A model generated the notes under the pieces. It was not told where the DNA came from, made no database searches, and saw nothing but the letters and a program-made list of their open reading frames with translations. The translations under genes were made by a program, and so were the position numbers. From Candidatus Latescibacterota bacterium (GTDB lineage: Bacteria > Latescibacterota > UBA2968 > GCA-2709665), in assembly GCA_963667175.2 (NCBI GenBank), contig CAXXXF010000006.1, positions 448,001 through 512,000 of the forward strand: a stretch of DNA of 64,000 nt. The letters are read 5' to 3'. Shown piece by piece: positions 37,460-47,128 of the stretch. Every line of letters begins with the position of its first letter. The stretch's first letter is position 1.

Positions 37460-40400
37460 ATGTCCCGGTGGCCCCTTCTATTAGGAATCATCCTGTTCTC
37501 GTGCGGGATCGCGAGCGGCCAGGAGTATTTCGGCAAGAACAAGGTGACGTATGACGATTACGACTGGCATTTTCTGGAGACGGAGCATTTCAAGATTTAT
37601 TTCGACAAGGCGTCGCAGCCTGCGGCGGAGTTTGCGGCGAAGGAGGCGGAGCGCGCGCTGGTGCGTCTGGAGAAGGATCTGAAGTATACGTTGAAGGACC
37701 GGTATCCGATTGTGATCTACAATTCTCACAACGGGTTTTCGGTGACGAACATCACGCCGACGGAGCAGTCGGAGTTCACGGGCGGGTTTACGGAGTTTGC
37801 GCAGGGTCGCGTGGTGATCCCGTATACGGGATCGTATAGCGATTTCCGTCACGTGATCCACCACGAGCTGGCGCACGTGGTGACGCTGGAGATGTGGACG
37901 GGCGGCGGGTGGCTGGGCGCCATGATGACGCAGACGGCTTCGTTGCCGCCGTTGTGGATTGCGGAGGGAGTGGCGGAGTATCTGTCTCAGGGGGGATGGG
38001 ATCGCGAGGCCGACAATTTCATGCGACACGCGACGATCACGGGGTACGTGCCGGGGATGACGTCGTTGAGCGGCGCGTTTGCGTATAAGGGGGGTCAGTC
38101 CGTCTTCGTGATGATCGAGGAGGAGTATGGCAGGGACAAGGTGGCGGAGTTCATCTCGTCGTTCCGTTCGGCGCGATCCGTGGACAAGGCGTTGAAGGCG
38201 TCGGTGGGCGAGGGCGTGGAGGAGCTGGACGAGAAGTGGCAGTTGTGGTTGAAGCGTCAGTATTGGAACGAGATCAACCTGCACCATCCGTCGGAGGAGG
38301 TGGCGAAGCAGTTGACGGAGGCGGGGGCGGGTCGCGGTTTTTACAATATCGCGCCGTCGTTTTCCCCGCAGGGGGACAAGATCGCGTACGTGACGGAGCG
38401 CGAGGGTACGTTCGACATCTATCTGATGTCGGCGATCGACGGTCAGGATCTGGGTCGGTTGGTGGAGGGGGAGCGATCGTCGGATTTCGAGGGGTTGTTC
38501 GTGCTGCGTCCGGGGATCACGTGGTCGCCGGACGGGAAGCAGATCGGGTTTGCGGCGAAGTCGCGCAACAAGAACACGCTGTATACGCTGGACGTGAGGA
38601 AGAAGCGGGTGACGAAGCGTTTCAAGTTCGATCTGGACGGGTTGTTCGAGCCGACGTGGTCGCCGGACGGGAAGGAGATCGCGATCGTGGGGTTGAAGGA
38701 CGGGTGGTCGGACGTGTACGTGGTGAACGTGGCGGACGAGTCTTTGCGTCGGATGACGCGGGACCCGTATGACGAGAAGCACCTGGACTGGTCGCCGGAC
38801 GGGGAATGGATTGCGATCAGTTCGGACCGTCCAGCCGCGGAACTGGAGTACGACGGATCGAAGGACTTCACGTTCGGTGTGTATGACGTGTTCGTGCTGA
38901 AGGCCGACGGCAGCGAGATCCGCCGCGTGGTGGAAAGCGAGGTGAACGACAGCCATCCCACGTGGGGGCCGGACTCACAGAGTCTGGCATTCGTGTCGGA
39001 TCGTACGGGGGTTGGCAACGTCTACATCGCGCACGTGGACGGGTCGCAGCTGTATCCGATCAGCAATCTGCTGTCCGGCGCGCGGTATATCGACTGGAGC
39101 GCCGACGGCAAGAAGCTGGCGTTCACGACGTTTCACCGCGGGGGCTATGACATCTTCGTGATGAAGGACCCGCTGCAGAAGAAGCGCGGGATGGAGGACC
39201 TGCCCCTGACGCGTTACGCGAAGCGGCTGGCGGGCATCGAGGACAGGCCGTTCGTGGAGTTGCAGAAGGAACGCAGGCAGGAAGCCGCGGACGGCGGCGA
39301 GGAACCTGACGGCGCGGGCGCGGCAGCAGACGCGGACACGACGGTGGCGGCGGCGGACAGAAAGGTGGAGACGTGGATGTCGGACCAGATGGCGCTGGCG
39401 GCCGCCGAAGCGCGCGGTGACGACGACGAGGAGGCGTCGCAGCCCGACACGCTGGAGACCGACGGCGACAGGGAGCTGACGCTGAGAGACTGGAACAAGG
39501 CGTTCACGATCAACAAATACCGGGTGAAACTCAAACCCGAATTCTTCGGGGCCAACGCGGGCTTCGACACCTTCTACGGCGTCAGCAGCCTGCTCCAATT
39601 GTCGCTGACCGACGTGATGGGCGACCACCGCGTCGTCGTACAGACCGGGCTGAGCTTCTCACTGAAAGACAGCGACCTCTTCCTCGGATACCAGAACCTC
39701 AAGAACCAGACCAACTACTACCTCAGCGCCATCCACACGCGGCTGTTCTTCTTCGACAGCGGTCAATTGAACGCCGATCGCTATTTCGGCGTCGAAGCAA
39801 GCCTGGTCCGGCCGTTCAGCCGATTCAGCAGGATGGAACTGGGCACACGCGGAATCAGAATTTCCCGTGAACGCCTGGAACGGGAACGATACGACAATCG
39901 CTGGGTACGACGCGGCTTCACCGGCAGCAGCCTGCGCGGGCTTTCGGGCACCGAGGTCGATTCCCGGGGCGCGGTGGTTTCCTACCTGGCCCTGGTCGAC
40001 GACAACTCGCTGATGGGCGGTTTCGGCCCCGTGGACGGACATCGGATGCGCTTTGGCGTTGAGGGAAGCTGGGCGGGAATGCGTTTTGCTGCGTTGAACG
40101 CGGATCTGCGGCAGTATCTGTTCACGCTTGGCGAATACACCTTCGCCATGCGTCTGTCCGGAGGCACAAGCTTCGGCCCGAACAAGAGGATCTATTTCGT
40201 GGGGGGCGTCAACAACCCCGTGAACCCCAATTTTTCCACGTTTGCCAACGTGGACCAGGACCGGATTTTCTTTTCCAGTTTCGTCTGGCCGCTTCGGGGC
40301 GTGGAGTTGTTCGAACTGGCGGGAGACTCGTACGTGCTGGCCAATGCGGCGTTCCGTTTCCCGCTCATCCGGGAACTGGCCATGGGCTGGCCCCTGCCGC

Positions 40401-40705
40401 TCTTCTTCCAGAACGTTCAGGGTGAGTTGTTCCTGGACGTCGGCGGCGCCTTCGAACGAGCCAGATGGAGAGACGGCTGGATCGCGCGCGACGGCGGCTT
40501 CGAACTCAACGTGCCGCAGCACTTCCGCGACGGACGGTCCAAACACGGTTTCGAGAAACCGCAGATGGCCGCGGGCTACGGATTCGGCGTGCGGGTGAAC
40601 CTGGGCTATTTCCTCTTCAGGTACGATCTGGCGTGGCCCACCGATTTTGCGCAGACCTACCATCCTCACCAGTATTTCTCAATCGACGTGACAGGACACT
40701 TTTAG
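37460..40705 (+). CDS. Secreted fusion: zincin-like peptidase domain + TolB/PD40 propeller + BamA/Omp85-like barrel
   Basis: Signal peptide, FGKNKV.Y, HHELAH and PLWIAEGVAEY, repeated WSPDG, C-terminal LRG...LFLDVG...GYGFGVRVNLGYFLFRYDLAW. Confidence 0.82.
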   Translation: MSRWPLLLGIILFSCGIASGQEYFGKNKVTYDDYDWHFLETEHFKIYFDKASQPAAEFAAKEAERALVRLEKDLKYTLKDRYPIVIYNSHNGFSVTNITPTEQSEFTGGFTEFAQGRVVIPYTGSYSDFRHVIHHELAHVVTLEMWTGGGWLGAMMTQTASLPPLWIAEGVAEYLSQGGWDREADNFMRHATITGYVPGMTSLSGAFAYKGGQSVFVMIEEEYGRDKVAEFISSFRSARSVDKALKASVGEGVEELDEKWQLWLKRQYWNEINLHHPSEEVAKQLTEAGAGRGFYNIAPSFSPQGDKIAYVTEREGTFDIYLMSAIDGQDLGRLVEGERSSDFEGLFVLRPGITWSPDGKQIGFAAKSRNKNTLYTLDVRKKRVTKRFKFDLDGLFEPTWSPDGKEIAIVGLKDGWSDVYVVNVADESLRRMTRDPYDEKHLDWSPDGEWIAISSDRPAAELEYDGSKDFTFGVYDVFVLKADGSEIRRVVESEVNDSHPTWGPDSQSLAFVSDRTGVGNVYIAHVDGSQLYPISNLLSGARYIDWSADGKKLAFTTFHRGGYDIFVMKDPLQKKRGMEDLPLTRYAKRLAGIEDRPFVELQKERRQEAADGGEEPDGAGAAADADTTVAAADRKVETWMSDQMALAAAEARGDDDEEASQPDTLETDGDRELTLRDWNKAFTINKYRVKLKPEFFGANAGFDTFYGVSSLLQLSLTDVMGDHRVVVQTGLSFSLKDSDLFLGYQNLKNQTNYYLSAIHTRLFFFDSGQLNADRYFGVEASLVRPFSRFSRMELGTRGIRISRERLERERYDNRWVRRGFTGSSLRGLSGTEVDSRGAVVSYLALVDDNSLMGGFGPVDGHRMRFGVEGSWAGMRFAALNADLRQYLFTLGEYTFAMRLSGGTSFGPNKRIYFVGGVNNPVNPNFSTFANVDQDRIFFSSFVWPLRGVELFELAGDSYVLANAAFRFPLIRELAMGWPLPLFFQNVQGELFLDVGGAFERARWRDGWIARDGGFELNVPQHFRDGRSKHGFEKPQMAAGYGFGVRVNLGYFLFRYDLAWPTDFAQTYHPHQYFSIDVTGHF

Positions 40706-40811
40706 ATCCGGCAGAACGTCCGGAGACAGGGACCGCCTTGTCATCCCGCTGAAGACCGTGCGGGATCGATTCGCGGCGCGTCCGAACTGAGCGTTTCGGG
40801 GGAAGTGCATA

Positions 40812-41120
40812 ATGGCGGCGAAGGTCCACTATCGGGAAGGATTGAAACTGATTTCAGCCGGCGACCTGTCCGGGGCTTTCGAGATGTTTCACAAGTCGCT
40901 TGAGGAAGACCCGGAATTCTACCTTGGGCACCTGGGTCTGGCGCAGGTACTGGACCGGCAGGGCAAGGTCGACGATGCCGTTCTGCACGCGCGGGAAGCG
41001 ATCCGTATCGCTCCGGACGAACCGCTTGCCCATACGAGCCTTTCGAGGCTGTACCAGCAACAGGGCCTGATCGACGAGGCGGAGGCGGCGATGGAGACGT
41101 CCCGGCGGCTGCAGTCCTGA
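40812..41120 (+). CDS. Small TPR protein
   Basis: 102 aa with consecutive TPR-like helices (DPEFYLGHLGLAQV, PDEPLAHTSLSRLY). Confidence 0.78.
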   Translation: MAAKVHYREGLKLISAGDLSGAFEMFHKSLEEDPEFYLGHLGLAQVLDRQGKVDDAVLHAREAIRIAPDEPLAHTSLSRLYQQQGLIDEAEAAMETSRRLQS

Positions 41121-41246
41121 TCAGGGCGGGATCCGGGCGACTCAATGCCTGCCTGCCGCGGCGCACGCGGCCTGTCTGCCGTTCCAACGGGACAGGCAGG
41201 CCCAGGCAGGGCCGAATTCAGACGACGTATTTCCGGTACGAAACAC

Positions 41247-41289
41247 AAGCCGGCGCGGGCACATGGTCCGCGTCGGCTTTTTTATTTTT
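41247..41289 (+). terminator. Rho-independent terminator
   Basis: AAGCCGGCGCGGGC-ACATG-GTCCGCGTCGGCTT followed by a T-rich tract. Confidence 0.7.
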
Positions 41290-41420
41290 CTTGACGGCTG
41301 TCCAGGAACGGACGGTTACTGAAATATGGGAGTCGTAAAGTGCCGTAAACCGGCGTTATCGCGGTCTTATTACCAGCAGCAGTAAATAGTGGCCAGTGGC
41401 CAGTGATCAGGAAGAGCAGT

Positions 41421-42181
<761 letters not shown>

Positions 42182-42183
42182 TG

Positions 42184-42675
42184 TCAGCTTCCATTTATTT
42201 TCATGTGCCAGAATGGTCTGCCAACGGTGTCGCGAAAGGCGTTGATCCGTCTGGCCGAAAAGGTCTTGAAAGTCCTCACAATTTCGGGTAAACGATGTCG
42301 AGGCGCATTCCTGGATGTAGGGGCAGGTTTCAAACCTGCCCCTACCCGCGGGACGTGTACAAGTGTGTGCGCCAGGATCAGGATGGCGTGCAGGGGGTTG
42401 GGCATCAATATCCGGAGGTCTATCTTCACGTGCGGATAATGGCGCGGCAACCCTTCCCAGGCAGCCTGCGTTAGTCGACCAATTTCGCTGTAGCGCATCG
42501 TGCCATTTATTACCTCACCAAACTCACACACACGATTCCGGGTGCAAATTGTGACAAAATACGCTCCAGGACGGCTGTAATCAAAACCCTTCAGGCGTAT
42601 ATTCCGACGGCGGGACGCAGACAGATTGCCGGTGGGCATCGATGGACCAACGATTGGGCGCTCAAACCCTTTCAT
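42184..42675 (-). pseudogene. Truncated REP-associated tyrosine transposase (RAYT/TnpA-REP, Y1 HUH)
   Basis: RRNIRLKGFDYSRPGAYFVTICT; HUH motif degraded to MPNPLH; LPEIVRTFKTFSARRIN; ends before the usual WQRNYY..IIR...YI..NP catalytic segment. Confidence 0.85.
42317..42345. repeat. GTAG-type REP palindrome inside the RAYT ORF
   Basis: GTAGGGGCAGGTTT-C-AAACCTGCCCCTAC perfect inverted repeat, read in frame as VGAGLKPAPT. Confidence 0.85.
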
Positions 42676-42727
42676 AGACGGTCATGCTTTCAGGTGGGTT
42701 CGCACGTCTTTCAGCGAGGAGCATTCG

Positions 42728-44703
42728 GTAGAGTCGAGAGGTGGCGCGGTGGTGTAGGAGAGGCCTATCTGTTTCCGCCCCTTTCGTCTGGCGGTGCCTC
42801 AATAGCCGCTCCGCGCTCCGTTTCCACGTCCCGCTCATCGAACCGGACGTGCGGATTTACCGCATCCGGCTCTCGGACAAGGAGTCATGCGTTCGCCCAC
42901 GGAAGGTTGTGCGTCTGCACCTCCAGCCGGGTCAGGCCCAACGTATTGTAGAGGACCTCGTCAGGGAGACGGGACGTCCCCTTTCCCGGTATTCGGTACT
43001 TGTTGCACAACCACCAGCGGAGCCGTTGCCGGGTGTGGCTGTCCACACTCCGGTAGGCTTTGCTGACCGGACCAAGACGGAAGTAGTTGCCCCACCCTGT
43101 TAGCTTTCGGTTCAGGTGGGCAATCCGTTCTTGATGGTCTTTCAGCAGCCACCGCCGCGCCGTTGCCTCGCTGATGGCCCGGCAGATGTGCCGGATGGCC
43201 TTCTTTGACGGGCGCGTGCCGATATAGGCCTTTCCCGTCTTTGGTGAGTAACAGCGTTCGATGGTGTAGCCCAGAAAGTCAAATCGTCCTTCAGGAAGCG
43301 TGCATATGCCCGTCTTCTGCTCGTTCACCGTCAACTTGAGCGCCTTCATAATGGATCGCATCGCGCGCATCGCTTCTTTTGCGGTGCCGCGACAGCAGAT
43401 CACAAAATCGTCCGCGTAGTTGACAATATGAGCCTTCAGGCGTTGCTGATGTCCCCGAACCTGCCATCCCAGAATGAACCGCCGCATATACAGGTTCGCC
43501 AGCAGGGGCGAGATCGGGGCGCCTTGCGGTGTCCCCCTTCCCTGATCCTTGTTCGGCGTCGTTCGACGTTTGCGGCCCCGCTTGTCGGTCTCCTCAATCG
43601 GCGCGGTCAGCCACAGCTTGACCAGGCCCAGCATACGCCCGTCACTGATGCGACGCGCCACACATTTCATCAGCTCGGCATGCGGGATCGTGTCAAAGTA
43701 ACCGCTCAAGTCCGCGTCGATCACCTGCGTATGGCCACGGCTCACCAGACTGTGAACCGCCCTGATGGCGTCGTGCGCACTCCGTTTCGGACGGTACGCA
43801 TACTGCGCCGCTGGCAGGTCCGCCTCAAAGATCGGCTCCAATACCAGCATCGCCGCGGTTTGCACCACCCGATCTTTCACCGTCGGGATGCCCAGCGGCC
43901 TTTGCTTCCCGTTCGGCTTGGGGATATACACCCGACGGATCGGAGACACCCGATACGATTTGCTCCTTACGGCTTCCGACAGTTCGCCTAACCACCGCTT
44001 TTGCCCATATGACTCGATATCCGCAAACGTCTCGCCGTCCACGCCCGCCGCGCCGCCGTTGGCCTTGCAGCAGCGGTACGCATAAAGCAGGATGTCCTCG
44101 CGATACACCTTGTCATACAGCGCGTAGAATCGGTAGCCGGGCGATTCCTTCGCTTTGGCATGCAACGTCCTCTGCAACTTCCGAACCTTTTCCGGAGGTC
44201 TTAGGCTCATACCAATCTCCAGGCTCTCGCTCCTTTGACGTTGCCCTTGAACCAAGGCCCCTTTCCTCCGCCGGCATTACCCGGCTTCTCAGGTACTACG
44301 GGCCTCTCCGCCACCCCACGCGGCCCGGCCTGACCCTCACGGGCTGCCGGTTGGTGTCTCCACCACCGCCTGGGGCTTCCCGTGTTGCGTCGGAACTCCT
44401 TGTATACGTGCCTCCGCCACTACCCCGGCGGGACCGTTGGGTGCTCGCGTTGCCTGCTTCCCCAACGACGGCGGCCTTCCCCGAAATTCAGGCGGGTCGG
44501 CTCCCGCATTACCCTTTTCGAGGCCTGCGCAGCGTTCACTCACGTTTCGGCCCGCATACTCGCCAAGTCGCCTTGCGACCCTCTACACCGGAGGCTTCGG
44601 AGATGTCGTTTCCTACGTCCCCGCTCCGATTGCTACCGACTGTGGCAACACTTGTCGGGTGGGACTCTCACCCACTGAAGTTCCGCGCCTTTTCACGGCG
44701 CAC
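42728..44703 (-). mobile_element. Group II intron with intron-encoded RT/maturase (1976 nt)
   Basis: Minus strand 5' GTGCG and 3' GACTCTAC; DV GAGAGCCGGATGCGGTAAATCCGCACGTCCGGTTCG with AGC triad; EBS1 44486-44490 pairs with exon 44704-44708. Confidence 0.93.
42885..44210 (-). CDS. ltrA: Group II intron reverse transcriptase/maturase without HNH endonuclease
   Basis: GAAGVDG, IPKPNGKQRPLGIPTVKDRVVQ, DADLSGYFDTIPH, GTPQGAPISPLLAN, YADD, FDFLGY, domain X GWGNYF; 441 aa, no C-terminal En. Confidence 0.96.
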   Translation of the reverse strand: MSLRPPEKVRKLQRTLHAKAKESPGYRFYALYDKVYREDILLYAYRCCKANGGAAGVDGETFADIESYGQKRWLGELSEAVRSKSYRVSPIRRVYIPKPNGKQRPLGIPTVKDRVVQTAAMLVLEPIFEADLPAAQYAYRPKRSAHDAIRAVHSLVSRGHTQVIDADLSGYFDTIPHAELMKCVARRISDGRMLGLVKLWLTAPIEETDKRGRKRRTTPNKDQGRGTPQGAPISPLLANLYMRRFILGWQVRGHQQRLKAHIVNYADDFVICCRGTAKEAMRAMRSIMKALKLTVNEQKTGICTLPEGRFDFLGYTIERCYSPKTGKAYIGTRPSKKAIRHICRAISEATARRWLLKDHQERIAHLNRKLTGWGNYFRLGPVSKAYRSVDSHTRQRLRWWLCNKYRIPGKGTSRLPDEVLYNTLGLTRLEVQTHNLPWANA

Positions 44704-44712
44704 TGAATACGC

Positions 44713-44737
44713 GGGCAGGTTTGAAACCTGCCCCTAC
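44713..44737. repeat. GTAG-type REP hairpin in the 5' exon of the RT-encoding intron
   Basis: GGGCAGGTTT-G-AAACCTGCCC-CTAC, same family as 42317-42345. Confidence 0.85.
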
Positions 44738-45268
44738 GAATTTGGGTTTGAGATGCGTCTTATTACGGGGAGATTTTTACAGTTTACATCATCCTGCTCT
44801 GGCGTAGCCGGGCATTGACGTCAACCAATTGTCGCACCCGCTAACAAAGCGCTACTTCCAGGTCCCACTCGTACGGTTCGCCGACCTCTAATCGTGTCAT
44901 CTATTTAACGCTCACCGTAATTGTCCTCACTATGAGTCCAACTTAACCGCGTATTCTTCAATCGTACCGTTGGATTTGTCCGCAACTTCCATACGAGGCG
45001 GTCTCCAGATATAACGGAAGCAAAAAGAGCTTCAGGATGAAGTAAGAAACGAATGAGCAAGGGCGGTGACGGATTTGCCGCGTTCACGCCATCTGCGTGT
45101 TGGGTACCGGGAGCACGGTAGCGCCGTGGCGTCAGGTTGCCCTGAATTCCGCTGTCGAAAGCACAAACGTCTTCCTGGCCATTGGTCGTTTCGATGCAAA
45201 CGTGAAGGCGAGGTCAGCACGTCGATGGGTTATCGAACACCCTTTGCCAGTTTTGAGAGCTATGTGGG

Positions 45269-46387
45269 TTAAGGCGTGAAGATGAAAATCTGATCCGTAA
45301 TCGACTCAGGAGAATGACCGCCATCCGTCGTCTTCAATCCGCCGGCGATAAGGACGCGGCCGTCATCGAGGAGCGTAACCGTCAACCCGGATCGCCACGG
45401 TCCTATGCTGTGTCCCGTAGGCGAAAACACCTGGGTGTCCGGATTGTACAGTGCGATATTGCCGTTGTCCCGGTGGATGAAAAACACCCTGCCGGACGGC
45501 AGCAGCAGGGCGGCCAAGGGATCCATTACGGAAGTTCCGGCGGGCGAGAAGGTGTTTGTCTCGGGGTCGTAGATCTCGGGCGTCTGTGCGCGACGCCCGT
45601 CTCGCCTGTAGCCGCCGACGATCATTACCCTGCCGTCCTGAAGGAGCACCGCCTTATGGAGTATGCGGTCGACCTGCAGGCTGCCTGCATCTGAAAAGGC
45701 TTCGGTCGAGGGATCATAGATGAAATTCCGTCCCGGCAGCCATTCCCCTACGATAGGTTTTCCTCCAACGATCAGCACGCGGCCGTCCTTCAACAAAGTT
45801 GCCGTATGCAAAATTCCTGGATGGTCCATCGCGAATGTGTCGGAAAATGTGCCTGTAGCGGGATCGAAAACACGCCATCGTCCACCCCCGGGGTGCCCGC
45901 TGATCAAAAGGACCTCTCCGTTGGGCAACACGGTGGCAGTCCGGGTCCCGACCGAAAAGGGTGCGTCTGCAACGGCGTCGAATCTGCCGGAATGAGGATC
46001 GTACTTCTCAATGGGGAGTCTAAGAAAACCGGATATAATCAGAACCCGACCGTCGGGAAGCAGTATTCCGTGGTCCTTGCTGCGACTGGCGTTCATGTTT
46101 CCGGTTCGCGTTGAGATGCCGGTTTCAGGATCGAAAATCTCCGCGCTGACAAGAAGATCCTGCTCCACAACACCTCCTCCGGCAGGAGGTAGCGCCGCGT
46201 TGCCGCCGGCAATCAGGACCTTGCCATTCTGCAATAGTGTCGCGACATGCAGATTCCGGGGTCGAGTCAGATTTCCAACCTCGTGGAGACCCCGTTCACG
46301 GTCCGGCATCATCACCGAATCGCTTCCGCAAGCGCAGAAGCTGGAGACGATGAACAGCGCTTTGAGGAATCTGCCAATCATCTCCAT
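45269..46387 (-). CDS. Kelch/galactose-oxidase-type repeat protein, probable lipoprotein
   Basis: FCAC lipobox-like; repeated H.ATLLxDGRVLIxGG...E.YDP units. Confidence 0.85.
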   Translation of the reverse strand: MEMIGRFLKALFIVSSFCACGSDSVMMPDRERGLHEVGNLTRPRNLHVATLLQNGKVLIAGGNAALPPAGGGVVEQDLLVSAEIFDPETGISTRTGNMNASRSKDHGILLPDGRVLIISGFLRLPIEKYDPHSGRFDAVADAPFSVGTRTATVLPNGEVLLISGHPGGGRWRVFDPATGTFSDTFAMDHPGILHTATLLKDGRVLIVGGKPIVGEWLPGRNFIYDPSTEAFSDAGSLQVDRILHKAVLLQDGRVMIVGGYRRDGRRAQTPEIYDPETNTFSPAGTSVMDPLAALLLPSGRVFFIHRDNGNIALYNPDTQVFSPTGHSIGPWRSGLTVTLLDDGRVLIAGGLKTTDGGHSPESITDQIFIFTP

Positions 46388-46632
46388 TCCCCCGTTTTTG
46401 GACCGTACAATAGGACTTCAACGCAAGATGCGTTTATGTTTGAAAATGCTGCTTGCCTACCGTATCACTGCTGTCCAAGAACCGTGGTGATCTTAAAGAA
46501 AAGTTCGTAAAGTGGCGTCAAAAGGCGTTTTTGGACAGGTGTGAAATCCACTGAAACCCTGTGAAGGCGGGGCTGTGCATTGAGCTGCAAGATTGACCAT
46601 GGAGCAAATGTCAGAGTCGTCTTTCCCGGGAT

Positions 46633-46950
46633 CGAGGGCATCCCTGCCCTCGTCGGTTAATTCGCGATGCCCTGGCGCCGTAACTCAGGATGTGATTTCG
46701 GATGGAAGGGAAGTAATTGGCCCCTGGTGTGGAAATTCGTCGGTTTCTCGAAGTTCGAGGGCAGGGATGCCCTCGATCTGGATACTGGTAGATCCTGGAC
46801 TGACGTAGGGTGAGATGGACTCGGTTCGAGGGATGTCGAATCAGTTATTCCGCCGCCTCCAACGAACTTGCTTCGGATGCGAAGGAAGCAATATGCCCGC
46901 GATGTGGATATCGATGGGGCACCTGCTATTCGAGGGCAGGGATGCCCTCG
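46633..46950. repeat. Cluster of CGAGGGCAGGGATGCCCTCG REP-like palindromes
   Basis: Copies at 46633-46652 (inverted), 46756-46775 and 46931-46950; the last two share a downstream ATC(T/C)GGATACTG. Confidence 0.8.
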
Positions 46951-47128
46951 ATCCGGATACTGTTGGATCATGTCGTGATAGAGGGCAGATCGCCTTCGGT
47001 CGCAGGGCGCGCGTTTCCAGCGTAGCGACCTGGTGGTTTTACCAGGTTCTGCGGCGACAAGTAAGGAGAAGATTCCATGTCCGGTATGAAGTATACGTCA
47101 TTCGAAATCGCGTGAGGCGGTGGGCGCC

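Noticed and set aside
42885-44210. RT as part of a diversity-generating retroelement or retron (an FGE/CLec-fold gene is in the window)
   Set aside because: The RT has group II intron signatures and domain X and lies inside a complete intron; I saw no template repeat of the FGE 3' end and no avd gene
44780-45268. Lower-GC spacer with 60-68 aa ORFs
   Set aside because: No motif, RBS or structure I can support; possibly a decayed gene
46633-46950. Possible CRISPR array from 20-bp palindromes
   Set aside because: Only three units, mixed orientation, and spacers of 100-155 nt; fits REP elements
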